64,000 bases of DNA from contig CM068742.1 in assembly GCA_035084275.1 (NCBI GenBank), positions 100,812,001 through 100,876,000 on the forward strand, written 5' to 3'. The notes below the pieces were generated by a model, which was not told the origin of the DNA, did no database searches, and worked only from the letters and a program-made list of their open reading frames with translations. This stretch comes from Hydrolagus colliei (taxonomy: Eukaryota). Shown piece after piece: positions 38,056 through 51,796 of the stretch. Positions within the stretch are counted from its first letter, which is position 1. Every line of letters begins with the position of its first letter. Position numbers and translations under genes: made by a program.

Positions 38056-39325
38056 TTTCGTTAAAACAAAATCTCAATTTTCAGAAAGGTGGGCAAATTT
38101 GTCAAAAAACAGGTAAAAGGTTTAATTGTGTATTCTAGTGTCTACATCACTCACGTAGATGTGCATCTGATTTTTCTTGCATGTAGACTTTATAGTTGGA
38201 AAGCCTTATGAATTCAAACAGTATAACAGCAAATGAAAAATTGTATTGGATTTCACATTGAAAGTCTGCTGTGTTAAAACTAGTTGCAACATATGTCTTA
38301 CTAAACTTCAAGAACTTCAAAAGAATAGCTTGAAAAACCTTAAAGGGTGTATGTTGTGTCCAAAGTCACTGTCATTCACTTGATTGGTGTTTGTACAGAA
38401 ATTGGCTATTGGCTGCTGCGTTCGTCTACAAAAATTTATGGGGAATCCTGTGAAACAGTTTGAGGTGTGCTTCTGATGTGAAAGGATGCAAAAGGTGCAT
38501 CGTGTTGTACACTATGTGTTCTTCCGAGTTAAATCTCATAAAATCTGTAGCTTTATCATCTTTGAATTTACAAAGACAAGAAGTAGTGAGTGGGACTGAA
38601 CCTGCAGCATGTTAGAACTTTGCACCCACTCCAAAACCACATTAATCAGAACAGTCAACTCAAAATATCTGTTGAGAAAAAAAATCTACAAATCGTTGAT
38701 CTATTTTCCAAAGAAAGTAACTTTTTTATTTTAAAATATAATTTCCCAGTCATACATTTATACATTTCACTAGGTCACACAGATCAAGAGGTTACAGGTT
38801 GAACCTTGATCTGTGCTGAGCGAGCTGATCTCAGTCCCAGGTCCTCAGTGTTCTGGATTAGGGAGGAGACAATCATTTAAAGTTCCTGCTCTTGTTTGCT
38901 ATCCAGAGCATCTGGTGCAAAATGAGCATCAAGTGAGGACTGGGTCGGTATGAGGTTCTCTAGTTGAGTAACCTGCCAAGTGCCAACACTCACTCATTTT
39001 CAAAGCTGAAACATAGCACTTGGCCAAAGTACTGAAGCATGTCTGGCACTGTAGAATCATATTGCATAAAATAACATACAAACAGGAGTCTGAAAACTTC
39101 AGGAAAGTTGGGGATGCAAGAAACTGGACTAGAGTAAAATAAATATAACCTCTGCAGTTCTTTTCCAAGTTTATGGTTTAAATTTAGTTGTATAAGCTAA
39201 TCAACGAATCACTGAATGAAACATGATCAGAGTATTTGAACTGCACTGCTTTGATTGCAAAGTTACTCGCTCCTATCCGTTCTTTGATGGGAATTTGCAC
39301 TGAGGTTTTGTTCTTTTTCTTTCAG

Positions 39326-39405
39326 GCTCAAAAATCATGGATAGAGAGAGTGTTCTACAAGCGGGAATGCGTTCATATAATACCAAGCTCCAAAGACCCT
39401 CATAG
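39326..39405 (+). CDS. TRPM3: TRPM3 coding exon ([27 protein letters not shown]), 80 nt, phase 0 to 2
   Basis: Acceptor ttctttttctttcag|GCT and donor AG|gtaatg. Hand translation closely matches the first common TRPM3 exon (human [27 protein letters not shown], from memory). Not in the ORF track. Confidence 0.95.
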
Positions 39406-39513
39406 GTAATGATTTATGTTGTAGTACTGTATAATGAAAACAAAGTTCCGCACTGAATGAAAATGTACAGTCCACTCGCTTCATTCCTCACAATCTGGTA
39501 CATAAATTTGCTT

Positions 39514-39613
39514 CAGCCTGGTTCAGTCATGTGTCAGCCTGGCACAGAAATGCATAGGCCTGGGACAGTAATGTGTCAACCTGGCACCATAATGCGTCAG
39601 CCTGGCTCAGTTG
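39514..39613 (+). repeat. 21-bp tandem repeat, four units plus the SINE head
   Basis: cagcctggttcagtcatgtgt / cagcctggcacagaaatgcat / aggcctgggacagtaatgtgt / caacctggcaccataatgcgt / cagcctggctcagttg. Confidence 0.85.
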
Positions 39614-39800
39614 GTAGCACTTTCAATTCTGAGTTAGAAAGTTGGAAATGCAAGCCCCATTTCGAAACATGGAACTCATCAAGTCTATCCTGACACTCCA
39701 ATGCAGGGCTTGGGGTGTGCTGTTTTGTCAGAAATCCCATCTGCCATCCAAGTGGACATTAAAGATCCCATGGTACTATTTGAAATGAGAATAATGTTCT
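39595..39800 (+). mobile_element. Older tRNA-derived DeuSINE-like (SacSINE1-like) 5' part
   Basis: gtcagcctggctcagttggtagcact...ctgagttagaa...gtggacattaaagatcccatgg; related pieces near 19500-20170, 23770-24070(-), 42800-43080(-) and 57540-57650. Confidence 0.6.
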
Positions 39801-40249
39801 TCAGAACAGTTTCCTGTTGGATGAATGGATAAATGCGTTGTGGTGTCCCAGTTTGATCACAGGCCTGACTTGACTGAGATATACCATGGATTCCTGCTCA
39901 TGATCAATATCCAGGAAAGCCCCTCCCCCTGAATTGTACAGATGTTTTTTTCCGAAATTTATTAATTTCATAGAAACTGAAATTAATAAATTTCCAAAAT
40001 TCTGCACAATCTTACATTTTCAGATTGTGGTCTTAATGGCAGGATACCAAGAGTAATTTTAGGATAAAGATCAACATTTTTCAACCTAACGATCGAATCA
40101 TAATATTTGCACTGACTTTTTTTTGTGGTGCGATGTGATCTGGAAAAACTTAACAGTCCCTGTTGCCGTGGGATAAAATCTAGTGAATCTTTTGGCTTGT
40201 TTGGCACCAAGGTAAATTCAAGAGACCCCTTTTTTTGTTCCCATGGTAG

Positions 40250-40454
40250 GTGCTGCTGTGGGCGGCTAATAGGGCAACATGTTGGACTGCCTCCAGCCAT
40301 CTCCATCAGTCAGAATTACAGCATTGAAGGCAGAATCACAAAGAATGATCTCCATTCAGAGAAGTGGTCCATTGCCAAGCACACGCAGCTCAGCCCCACA
40401 GATGCCTTTGGGACCATCGAATTCCAAGGAGGAGGACACTCTAACAAAGCTCTG
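40250..40454 (+). CDS. TRPM3: TRPM3 coding exon ([15 protein letters not shown]...[32 protein letters not shown]), 205 nt, phase 2 to 0
   Basis: Lies within ORF 40125..40520; tag|G acceptor and CTG|gtaatg donor; CCCGR and [12 protein letters not shown] are TRPM N-terminal motifs. Confidence 0.96.
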
Positions 40455-40614
40455 GTAATGAAAGCTCTCTCGGAGGGGGTGGAGGGGAGTTTAAATGCTT
40501 TAAACACTGCAAGACATTAATTATTCAATGTAAAATGCGGAAATGTCAAGCGTTATTGTTGGTTTGATTGCTAATGACCATTTGGGAGTCAAACCTTCAA
40601 CAAATAGTTAACAT

Positions 40615-40872
40615 AGAATCCTGTAGCATTGTGGTTAGAGCACTTGTCCTTTGATTCTCGAGCAGGGCAAAACCTGCTCTGGGGTAATAATCCCTTAAAA
40701 TATATGTATATAATTATTCCACAACTGTTTGTGGGACATTACTGTGCTCAATTGGCTGCCATGTTTCACCCACAAAATATAAAGTCAATTCACTTTTACA
40801 GTATAATCTGTGAAGCATTTTGAGACACCTCAATGAAGTGATAAGGTGCTACATCAAATGCAAGGATTATTA
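40615..40872 (+). mobile_element. tRNA-SINE copy with internal deletions
   Basis: cctgtagcattgtggttagagcac head, Deu-like body, caaatgcaaggattatt tail. Confidence 0.78.
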
Positions 40873-41985
40873 GAATTATTTAAAATACAATATATATGTT
40901 GACCATGTTTAGATTGTCAACTGACAGGATTAATACCACAGACATTCACTGTTATGGCTGTGATGGTTGCTGAAGTTCTGTAATAAGGCTCAAGGAATCT
41001 TCCCACAATTCGTTCCCAAATTGTAATTCCGTTCATCATTCATGTGGTATAATGTGTGAGATTCACACAATAAAAAAAAATACTGCGGGGCTCACACTTG
41101 CCTGAAGACAACCCACTGGAGTTTCTCTCGTGCTCCCAACTACTGGCAGCCTTCAACTTCAGGGCAAATCTCTTGGCATCCCTGATATTTGAGACACATC
41201 CAAGTGTCCACAGGATTCACATGCAATCAATCCTTCTTTATTTTTATGTTGAATACCAGTGTGGGTTTACTGTCTACATTTGCTTATTTGCTAGATTATA
41301 ATTATTTTCACAGTTAAAATATTTAATATTCTTAAGAAGCAACGTAGAAGAGAGGACCTTATAGATATACTGTTAATTGCACTGTTATACTATAAACCAG
41401 AACAACACTTGAGGAATGCAACACAGTAGGGAAAAAAAAGGACAACAGTTCACAATTGTGACTCGCTTAATAAACAGCTTGAAGATGATACTTGTATTGG
41501 AAGATGTAGACCAAATGGACTAAAGGGCCTTCTTCAATTATACCCCTCTAATGTAATGATATTTGTGGGTTGAGATCTATCAGTTAATACCAGGCTGCAT
41601 TACCACAATACACAAGTGCTATTTGTCAAGACTGGTTCACTTAGTTCTTACATTTGGATCAGTTTTTGTGCTTCTCACAGCGGGGAAGTGCTGGGAATAT
41701 ATGACAATTCCACTGTCAACATCAAGCACCCCCAGGTCAGGTAGACCACATCTCCAAAACAGAGTAAAGTCACATTTTCAGACTAGGTTGATTTATTAAC
41801 TGTGAAGTTTTATTTGTAGGCGCCAGTACTTTTCACCTACTGACAAATAGTATCTTGTTCAAATTATACGGTTTAGAAATTTTCCAATCCTTTTATTATT
41901 TTTCCTATTATTATTTCCATAGCGTTGGAGAAACACAGTTTGCCTCTAGCATGTAATATTCTTCAACTGTCTTTTTCTTTCCTAG

Positions 41986-42700
<715 letters not shown>

Positions 42701-43596
42701 CATGGATGGCACTACATGTTGCCAAAGTCCTAAAGTGCTTCACCACAAGGGTAGTGGATGTTTTTTTAAAAAAGCAAAGGCAGCACATAGCTAAGTTCCA
42801 CAAACAAACATGAAACAAATTTTTCTGGAGGGTTTTCTGTTCAAGGAGATCAGCAGAAACTTTTTTGGATATTTGAAAGTGATGGGCTCTTGAAAGCCAT
42901 CTAAAGGACAGCTAGATGAGCCGTTGTTTTATTGTGTCATCCAGAGGATGTCATCTGTAACAATGTTCTGGACTGGGATGTCTATCAAGAGTTTGTCCTC
43001 AAGACATGACATGGTATTCGAGCATACAACCAGAGGCAAGAGAGCCACCAACTGAGCCAAGCTGACATCCTTAGAGAATAGAGTCATACAAATACCCTGT
43101 GACATGCATTGGTCTACAGGTGAAAAACATGACTTGATGTGATAATTCCAATCTTGAAAACCTGCTGCTACATGAGCCTTCTCACTTTCCACCCCCTCTC
43201 TCCCTCACACCCATGCACACACACAGTTGGGTCTGAAGCTAGGTTCAGTTATTGGATGAGTTACCGCTCGCTGCATTTGAGTTTTGAGTACCACTTCATG
43301 GCAATATGAGCATAACTCCAATACCTTCCCCAGTCCCATTAGCGAGCCAGGCAGTCTACTCAGCCATCAAGAGTGTGCTCAAGTACTGTGACCCTGCCTG
43401 GCTGTGGTGTTGGTTCACTGAGCTCACTACAAAGATTTCGATTTGTCTCTGCTCCCGTTCCTAGACTTCCAATAAGACCGACAGAATTGGGGTCACAGCA
43501 GTTCCCTCCAGCTCTCTGCAAGCTATCATGCTCCAGACTCTGCCAGAGTTGTAATTGAATAGCCATGTGAGTTATGTTCAATGGGTTGCCTTTCAG

Positions 43597-43721
43597 GTGT
43601 AATTCGACATGTAGGAGATGCGTTGAAGGACCATGCATCAAAATCCCGAGGGAGGATATGCACAATAGGTATTGCTCCGTGGGGAATAGTAGAAAATCAA
43701 GAGGATCTAATTGGGAAGGAC
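43597..43721 (+). CDS. TRPM3: TRPM3 coding exon ([42 protein letters not shown]), 125 nt, phase 1 to 0
   Basis: Acceptor cctttcag|GT and donor GAC|gtgagt; hand translation gives the conserved TIGIAPWG motif. Confidence 0.96.
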
Positions 43722-44446
43722 GTGAGTACATCTTGTATGTTTTAGTGGATCAATAGAATACTATTAAAATCAGAAAATTTAATTTACTGACATCAAAGTT
43801 CACCCAGCTATAGGCCAGACACCTAACAAACTGCCTCTGTTGAGGGGCCACTTGTTTATAAGGATCGTTTAAAGTTAGTGTGGAAGCAGGATATTCAGGT
43901 TCACTCGATGGGGTAGGTGACATTTACTAAGAACAACTGAGAATCCCTAAGAGGAAATCCTATTGATAACCAAAAATATGTCACGACTTCCCCCCCCCCG
44001 CTCTAAAGCAGTCAATAAACCATGAATTACTTACCACTGACAAGGTTCTTGAATTGCTTTTGGTGACCCTAATGACAATATGGGCTATCTCACTCTTGAC
44101 AATAAATAATAATAATCCTTGCATTTGATATAGCGCCTTATCGCATCTTCTAAACGTCTCAAAGCAATTCACAGAAAATAATGTAAAGTGAATTGACTGT
44201 ATATTTTGTGGGCGAAATGTGGCAGCCAATTGCACACAACAGTGTCCCACAAACAGTGGGGGATTGAAATTACCAATTCAACATTTTTTTTTAGGGATTA
44301 TTATGATCTCTCTTCTTCCCCCTCCCCGGCCACCCCACCAACGTTAAACTAAAGCATTTCAGAGTTCCGGCTATGGATCTAGGTCACTGAGTGAGTCACC
44401 TTAAGACTGACGGTGTCTCAATAGTATTGAACTTCTCTTCCTACAG

Positions 44447-44618
44447 GTGGTCCGGCCATACCAAACCATGTCGAACCCCCTGAGCAAGCTGACAGTTCTA
44501 AACAGCATGCACTCCCACTTCATCCTTGCTGACAACGGCACAACAGGAAAGTACGGAGCTGAGGTCAAGTTACGGCGGCAGCTGGAGAAGCACATCTCCC
44601 TGCAGAAGATTAATACCA
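44447..44618 (+). CDS. TRPM3: TRPM3 coding exon ([57 protein letters not shown]), 172 nt, phase 0 to 1
   Basis: ORF 44447..44674; acceptor ctcttcctacag|GTG and donor A|gtgagt; [10 protein letters not shown] motif. Confidence 0.97.
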
Positions 44619-44910
44619 GTGAGTACTTTGCACTCAATGTGGGCAGGATGTCAGGCAGCTCTTGGAATCACTGACAAAGCCTCCTTCCTTCACTGCCCAT
44701 AACAGGTGCCTTTAGTCGTGTACCGCCAACTGAGACTGATTTATTTTTATTAAAAGGCACTGAATAACTTGGTGGATGTAAAAAGAAAACTTGCACGCAT
44801 TTTTTTCTAGAGGATTCTAATCCTACATTTTTGATTATCAGAGTTTCAAGTTTGCATGTAGGAAATGTAATACTTTGACTTGGCAATTGATCATTTGAAG
44901 TAGGCTACGT

Positions 44911-45261
44911 GGAGTCCTATAGCTTAGTGGTTAGAGGACCTGGCTTTGATTCCTGGGCAGGTTGAAACCTTGGACAAATTTACTTACTCCACGGGTCTTT
45001 GTTTACCTAGCAGTAAGTAGAAACCCTGTTGTTAGCCGATTGGCGAATCACTTTTCTGGGCATAGTAATCCATTAAGAAAATAATAATAGTTTGGTTACT
45101 CAATCTGCGACTGTTTGTGGGACAATATTGTGTGCAATTCAATGCTGCATTTGCCCGCAAAAACTACAGTCAATTCATTTTTCAATATATTCTGTGAAAA
45201 GCCTTGAGACATCTCGAAGACATGATAAGGCACTATAACAAATCCAAGGATTATTATTATT
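44911..45261 (+). mobile_element. tRNA-SINE, long variant
   Basis: Same head, body and tail plus an extra tttacctagcagtaagtag segment. Confidence 0.8.
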
Positions 45262-46942
45262 TGATCATTTTGTTATCACCTTGGGTCCAGATCAAACCAT
45301 TCAAACATAAGCATTACAGTACCGAAGGAGGTTATTTGGCACATCAACTTATGCTGCGTTCCTCCACTGGAACTAACTACAATTCCATGCTCCTTCCCGA
45401 GTGTAACCTTTGCCCACCAAGACCAATTGTTGCTGTGGTTGGAACCAGCCAATTCAACACAGAGCAGGGACTAGGGATACCCATGTTGTTCACGGTGAAT
45501 CCTCACACCCTTGGGATGTCCTCCTGACGTGAAAGGTGCTATACAAGTGTAATTTTTTTGTTTTGGAGCCAGGACTGGGTTGGCTGATTCACAGCACACA
45601 AAACAAATCACAGTCCATGATCACTTTCTCTTCACCTCAGTATCAGATTCATCTCCACCTCTTCCCATTTGGGTAGCTGGTATATAGGTGCTTTGAAGAT
45701 CACAAGCTTTGTTGTGTGTTATTCAAAATAAAAGCTGTATTTGTAACAGTGGATTGTTTAAGTAATAAACGGGCAGAATGCTGCAGTAATATGGTTTTTG
45801 CCTACAAACCACACAGTCAGACCATTTTGAGAGACATTGTGTGAAGCATTGTCTGAGACATCCTTTGGGCATTGTATCAAAGGCATTACATCAAACATAA
45901 GGATTCTTATTACATTCTTCGTGTGCCTGGAATATTTAGTATCCTTTGCAACCACAACAAAATTACATTTGTACAGCATCTTTCACACCGGAGGACATCC
46001 CAACGTGCTAGACACAGTATTTAGTTACAAATGCAATCACATGACATTATTGCTGTTGACCATTACATACATTCCAACCATCTGTAGAGTAGATTTAAGG
46101 TATTCCAGGGTGAGCAAAGGAAGGGGTGGGTTGAGTGAGGAGGGGAGGGGAGGGAGGGAGGGAGGGAGGGAGAAATTTATGGACAGAGGAGAATACATAT
46201 TTTCTCCCTCATTTGGCAGAAAAGAACTACGAAAAGAATGGTAAAAACCACTGCTTAAAAATACAGTTTGAGAACTGCATTAAAATCAAAACTCAAAATG
46301 ACATTCAGAAAGACAGGAGGTAGCGAGTGCTCGGAGATGGGGCTGAATGACAACTATTGACCACTGCAGGTGGTTCAGTGTGAATGGTGCATTTATGTCT
46401 TTGTCCCCCTGGAACTCCATCAGTCCTTTTGTATCGGAGGAGGGTAGAGGTAGGATGGTGACCAAAGACACGGTAAAGAGGAAGATCTTGAGATGGGCCT
46501 TGAAGTAAGAGGAAGCAAGGGGATTTGGGGGTGGTCTCAAGATCTTTCTCTTCAACCAGTTTTTGATCACCCTCCTACCTCCACCTTCTCCGTGTCTATA
46601 CCTCTTGATCCTAGCCACTCACTCAGGTGCGCATCCTTGACTGTCCAGGACTTTAGGACATCCCCCTAAAAGGCACTATACAAATTAATTGTTGTTCTAG
46701 AATGCTCCATCGCCAACACTATTAGTATGTCCCAATTGCATCAATCTTCACTTGAAGGAATTGTTCTCTTTGTCTCTCTGCATTGTTTCTGCTTGTATTG
46801 ATTTAGCTTTAAGCAGTTGTTGGATTTCTAAAACGTAGAATGTGTTGAAGAATCTCCAGTTAAATAGTCGAGGCATTCTTCAACACTTTCCATGTTGAAG
46901 AATCTCAATACTTTTACATTTTCTTATTCAGAAATGTAGCAA

Positions 46943-47350
46943 GTAATAATAATAATAATCCTTACATTTGGTCTCACGCCTTATCAGATCTTCGAGACAT
47001 CTCAAAGCAATTCACAGAATATACTGCAAAGTGAATTGACTGTATATTTTGTGGGCAAAATGCAGCAGCTAATTGCACACAACAACAACAACAAAATTAC
47101 ATTTGTAAAGTACAGCAGTGTCCCACACACAGTCTGCATTGGGTAACCAATTTTATTTATTTTTTGAATGAATTATTACCCCTGGAAAAGCGATCCGCTG
47201 ATCGACTAATAACCAGGTTCCAATTTACTATCGAGTAAAGAGAGGCATTTGGAGTAAGGAAATTTGGCTAACGTTTTGCCCTACCGGGAATTGAACCAAG
47301 GTCTCTCTCTTGCAATGCAACTGCTCTAACCACCGAGCTACAGGACTCTC
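46943..47350 (-). mobile_element. tRNA-SINE, long variant, containing a short L2 (CAA)n tail insert at about 47080-47110
   Basis: Reverse-complement head ctctaaccaccgagctacaggactc; tail aataataatccttacatttg. Confidence 0.8.
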
Positions 47351-49762
47351 AAGTAATACTGCAAATTAGACCCAGCCTGGTCTTTAGTCATCAGGCCGTG
47401 GCATTAATATACAGTGGTTGATTAGTTGGCATTGTGAGCAAGCTGATTATGACCGTCATCTGCAATGAGACTGACCCCTGTCTGTTCCTTTCACAGATTA
47501 AACAGAGCCCAGTGAAAAGACAGCAGCACAGAGTAAAGCACCCACACTGGACACTGGCACCAGTGCATTGAGCAGTTCCAACAAGCAGTACATTTAGAGG
47601 GGGGAAAGCACAGGGTGGGGATACGCACTCAGGTCATGAGAAGAATCAGTGACACTGAAAAGCACCCAGTGAATGTGAGAGAAGCTCCGAGTCATATCTC
47701 ACTGGAAGATAGCAGGGGTCACGTGAGAAGTATATCATTCAGAGTCCTGGGGCTACCTCAGGAATACCTAAGGAAGCAGCTGCAGCAACCCATGGCGTCC
47801 AGTCTGTGATATTTGTTGTGTTAATTGGGGCTTTAATTGCAGTTTGCAGATGTCGGAAGACGTTTGATTTGCACAATACACAAACGGTGAATTGCAATTC
47901 CCCAAAGACATCAATCAATGGAAAAAGTCTCCAGGGCAGGGCAGATGATGTGGCAATGATGTCAGAGTAGTGTCTTATCAGTGAGGGTAGTGTCTTAGCA
48001 CTGTCTCTTATGTTGAAGTTTTGAGGCCTGAGATCAAGGCTTCAAATAATGATCGGTTTCCACTTCTCAAAGTAAAGGACAATGACAATATGACAATCGC
48101 AACAACTAATATTTATCTGGTGCCCTCCACATGAGGCAGTGTCTCAGAACATTGATCAATGGTGCAGTTTGACCTTAATTGTCTCCTAAAACAGGATGCA
48201 GGCAAGCTTGATCCAGTCCTCGCACAAATTCCACACACATTCACCTCGTGTACGTCGCCTCTGCTTGTTATCTAAGAGTGTAGTTGCTTTGTAGGCAATA
48301 GCTTCTAAGCTCTCAACAAATTCATGTACCCAGGTGTTCACATTGTGTGAACAGCCACCTTCTGATGCAAAGTGTAATCATTATAACATGACAAAGGGTT
48401 ATGTGAGAGAGCTCTGACTGTCAAGTAGGTGCAGTCAATCATACCTTGTACTTTGGGGGAAGAATTTGAACAAAATACTGATGCCAGGGCAGGTGCTGCC
48501 ACCGGCTGTTGTCCAGCATGATACACCTGGACTCCGGCCAAATGCAGTGTCTGTAACATGTCACATTATGCTTCAAATAGATACCAGGTACACAACAGAA
48601 ATGTGTCATGGCTGTTGTGGACTATCACAGCCACACAAATAGCTTTGTAAAAATGTTTGATCTTTTCTCCAAAACACAAAACAGTCATTGCTTCCTTGAA
48701 TCTCCAGAGCCCTTCCACGTCCTCCCGATCTTCCTTCTCGCCTCACATCCTGAGGTTCACTAGCTGAGCTGGATAGTCAACATGTGCCGAGTTTCCTAAA
48801 AGAAGCGCCCTTCTCAGGCGAACCTGAAAATCATTCTAATCTGTCGGACTTTCAAAATTTCTCTATTTTGCATTTCTTGGTGTTTAAACTTAACCAACCT
48901 GTGCATTCCCTCTGATCTGTAGACACTGTCTTGCTCCACATTCCCCACCCTGTCGGTACTCTAATAAACACTATCAGTGAGTGGTCAGGCCTTCAGACAT
49001 TCTACCCTCACCTTCTGGAACTCTCCTCCGCATCACCCACTTAGTTGCCTGCTTCAAGCTCTGTCTCAACATCTTCCTTTTTGACTGCACCTTCGGTCAT
49101 CTTTCCTCCTCCATCCCACCCCCCACCCCCACCTTCCACCCTTCTCTGATTGCAACCTGCAGTAGGGTTCCAAGTCCCTCATTGTCTAGTGCCTCGGGAT
49201 GTCCTCCTGGTGTGAAAGGCGCTATATAATTGTAATTTAGTGTTGTTGTTTAAGCCATTAGTTGCTGCCATGTGATCAGCTCCAAAGCTGTTGAAGTGGC
49301 TCACAGCAGATGTACAGGGATGCTTCCACTGTGCGCTCGCTGCTGTGGCTGCTGCTCTCTTGGCTTCAAAACACTGCAAAGGAGGAGTACGGCTGAAAAG
49401 TACGATGCAACAGCAGAGGGAAGAGAAATGCAGCAATTTGTGTGATTATTATCACAACGCAAAACAAACATCATCCCACGGAAAATTCCACCCGCTTGAT
49501 ACCTGCCCTCTCCAACCTCTACCACTCTCCCCACCGATAAACTATGTTACAAAAAGATTGGGCACAAAACCAATTGTGGCCGCACTTTGACCTGGAAACC
49601 ACAGCATTTGAGTAACAGTTCCTGAGCTTAACTATCTTGTTTGTAGAGTTAAGCCATATCCTGCCTCTTCAAAATGTAACAGTTCCACTATTGCTCTATT
49701 AACTCGCGTCTGAGGTAGATGCGAGAAAGCTCTACACAGTTGAGCTGCAACCATCCATATGA

Positions 49763-49853
49763 GTGACCAGTGGGCTTCCCTTTGTCATCCTATGCCTGAG
49801 ATTATATGAAGGGGGCTGGGAAGGCAAAGGGATGTTCAACTGTCATCAGTGGC
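49763..49853 (+). ncRNA. MIR204: miR-204 precursor hairpin (5p 49776-49797, 3p about 49815-49835), intronic in TRPM3
   Basis: Contains TTCCCTTTGTCATCCTATGCCT (mature miR-204-5p), loop gagattatatgaagggg and 3p arm GCTGGGAAGGCAAAGGGATGT. It lies in the intron between the ...KINT and RIGQG exons, the known host position. Confidence 0.97.
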
Positions 49854-50084
49854 ATCGCTTGATCATTCTTCTATTATTAACTGCATCATTGACTGAAGTG
49901 ATGGCTCGTGCCTGGTTTGCCTTTTTACAAGCAATGTTGACTGCATTGTGAATTGTGTCCCCCACTCTCCATTCACACAAAGGGCCATTCAATGGAACCA
50001 ATATGTTGTGGCCAGATAACCAATTGACCTACTTTCAGACGTTGAACAAGCTGGTTTGTCTCCCTCTCTTTTATGTAACCAAGG

Positions 50085-50290
50085 TTCGTAGAATCATAGA
50101 ATTATACGGCACGAAAGAAGGCCATTCGGCCCATCTAGTCTGTGCTGGCTCTTTGAACAGAGCAACTCAATCCCACTGCCCAGCTTTCTCCCCATAACCT
50201 AATAGACCTGCTCTTCCTAAATAAAGATCTAGTTCCCTTTTAAAAAGCTGTTATGGAATCTGCCTCCACCACCTTTTCAGGCAATGCATT
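50085..50290 (-). mobile_element. Short CR1 3' end
   Basis: gtagaatcatagaat tail followed by ggccattcggcccatc, matching the CR1 3' end at 5789-5990. Confidence 0.9.
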
Positions 50291-50771
50291 GAGTTAGCGA
50301 GCAAGACAACAAAGTGCTTAGGTGAGAGAAAACATTATTTCTCCAACATTAGCAAATATTTAGATACGCACTAAATTGCTTCAGAATGACCTAGTTCAAT
50401 TCTTATTGTCGTGCAGTGTAATTAATGATGCATTTCGGTACTCTAATAAGCAAGCAAAGCAATACACAAAATAAGGATTTCTTACCTGACCCTCTACTCT
50501 CTGTATAACAGGTTACTATTGTCTTGTGATCCAGGTGCTTTAACGCAAAAGCAGGAAACTAAAGCATTCTGGAACACCCAACACCTTACATTTCACCTTG
50601 TCTCTGTCTGATAGATGAATTTGTCCTAACGTAAATTTGCCAACTAACATTTTTTCAGAGTTATGGAAAATACTTAAATTCTGTCTTAATGTGGAGGCTG
50701 ATAGTTTTTTTTGAATTGTAGGAAACTGACTTCCAAAGTTTGTGGGCAAAGTATCAAGGCATCATGTCAAG
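50085..50771 (-). repeat. Right arm of the ~685-bp inverted duplication (partner 34872-35553)
   Basis: Direct comparison by eye, e.g. gagttagcgagcaagacaacaaagtgcttagg here vs cctaagcactttgttgtcttgctcgctaactc in the left arm. Confidence 0.95.
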
Positions 50772-51451
50772 CAAGATTATTCATTTTGTAGGATTAAAGG
50801 GATGTTGAATCTTTCACCAGCTTTGCACTTTTCAAGGTTGTTTCAGGGAAGAAAAAACACTGTCTCTCTTACATGCGTTTACACAATAAGTAACTCGTGA
50901 ATATTCTTTGTTTAAAAAGTGTATATACTTTATATACTCTGGAAACAAAAATGTCGCCATCCCTCACTTTGTGCATCAATGGTGCTTTATTTCAAGTAGA
51001 AATTATTTCTCTACTCATGAACAACAATGCTAAAACTATCATATGACAATATATATCATATCAAGAAGAATAGACTTGAACACATTTTAGACATTCTTCT
51101 TAACACAAGAAGTTGCATTGAATGTCTCTGTTAGCCCAAGAATTGACGCAGTAGTATTTGCAAATTGCTCAACAAAATCCACAGCCAATTATTCCGTCCT
51201 TGGATAAGGCAAATGTTTATCTGATCAGTTAATTTCCCATGTCACTATTCGAAAAGAGAAGGGAGTTTCTTTTGGTGTCCTGGCCAACAATCCCCCAGAT
51301 GAAATGGGTCATTCACTTCATTGCTATTTATTGGACATTGGTTGCTGTATTTGCCTATCCAATAAATAGTCACTTCAATTTACAGTAAATTCTGTGAAGC
51401 ATTTTTAGATGTCCTCTCGACGTGAAAGGCACCATATCAAATGTAAATCAT

Positions 51452-51796
51452 GGAGTCCTGTGGCTTATTAGTTAGAGCACTCACCTCACAGGTTTGATTC
51501 CAAAAAATGCACTTATCTAGCACCCTCCACGCAGGGTAGGGTCTCAGAGCGCTTAAACCTTAGCCAAGTTTTCTTACTCCTCTTTACCTAGCAGTAGGTA
51601 GGAATCCGGTTGTCAGTAAATTGTCGGATCGCTTTCCTGGGGTGATAATCTCTGTAAAACAAAATGGTCACTCAATCTACGAATGTTTGAGGGACACTGC
51701 TGTGCACAATTGACTGTTACATTTTGTCCACAAAATACAGTGTATTCTGGTGAAGTGCTTTCAGACATTTCAAAGATGTGATTAGGCACTATATCA
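51452..51796 (+). mobile_element. tRNA-SINE, long variant
   Basis: ggagtcctgtggc...gttagagcactc head; tttacctagcagtagg segment; caaatgcaaggattattatt tail. Confidence 0.78.

Noticed and set aside
38780-38960. Possible LF-SINE-like ancient repeat (similar pieces near 43270-43480 and 63810)
   Set aside because: Only a short motif (ctgtgctgagcgagctgatctcag) is suggestive; family and boundaries cannot be supported by eye.
39514-39613. CRISPR-like array
   Set aside because: Contiguous degenerate tandem units without spacers, in a vertebrate intron with no cas genes.
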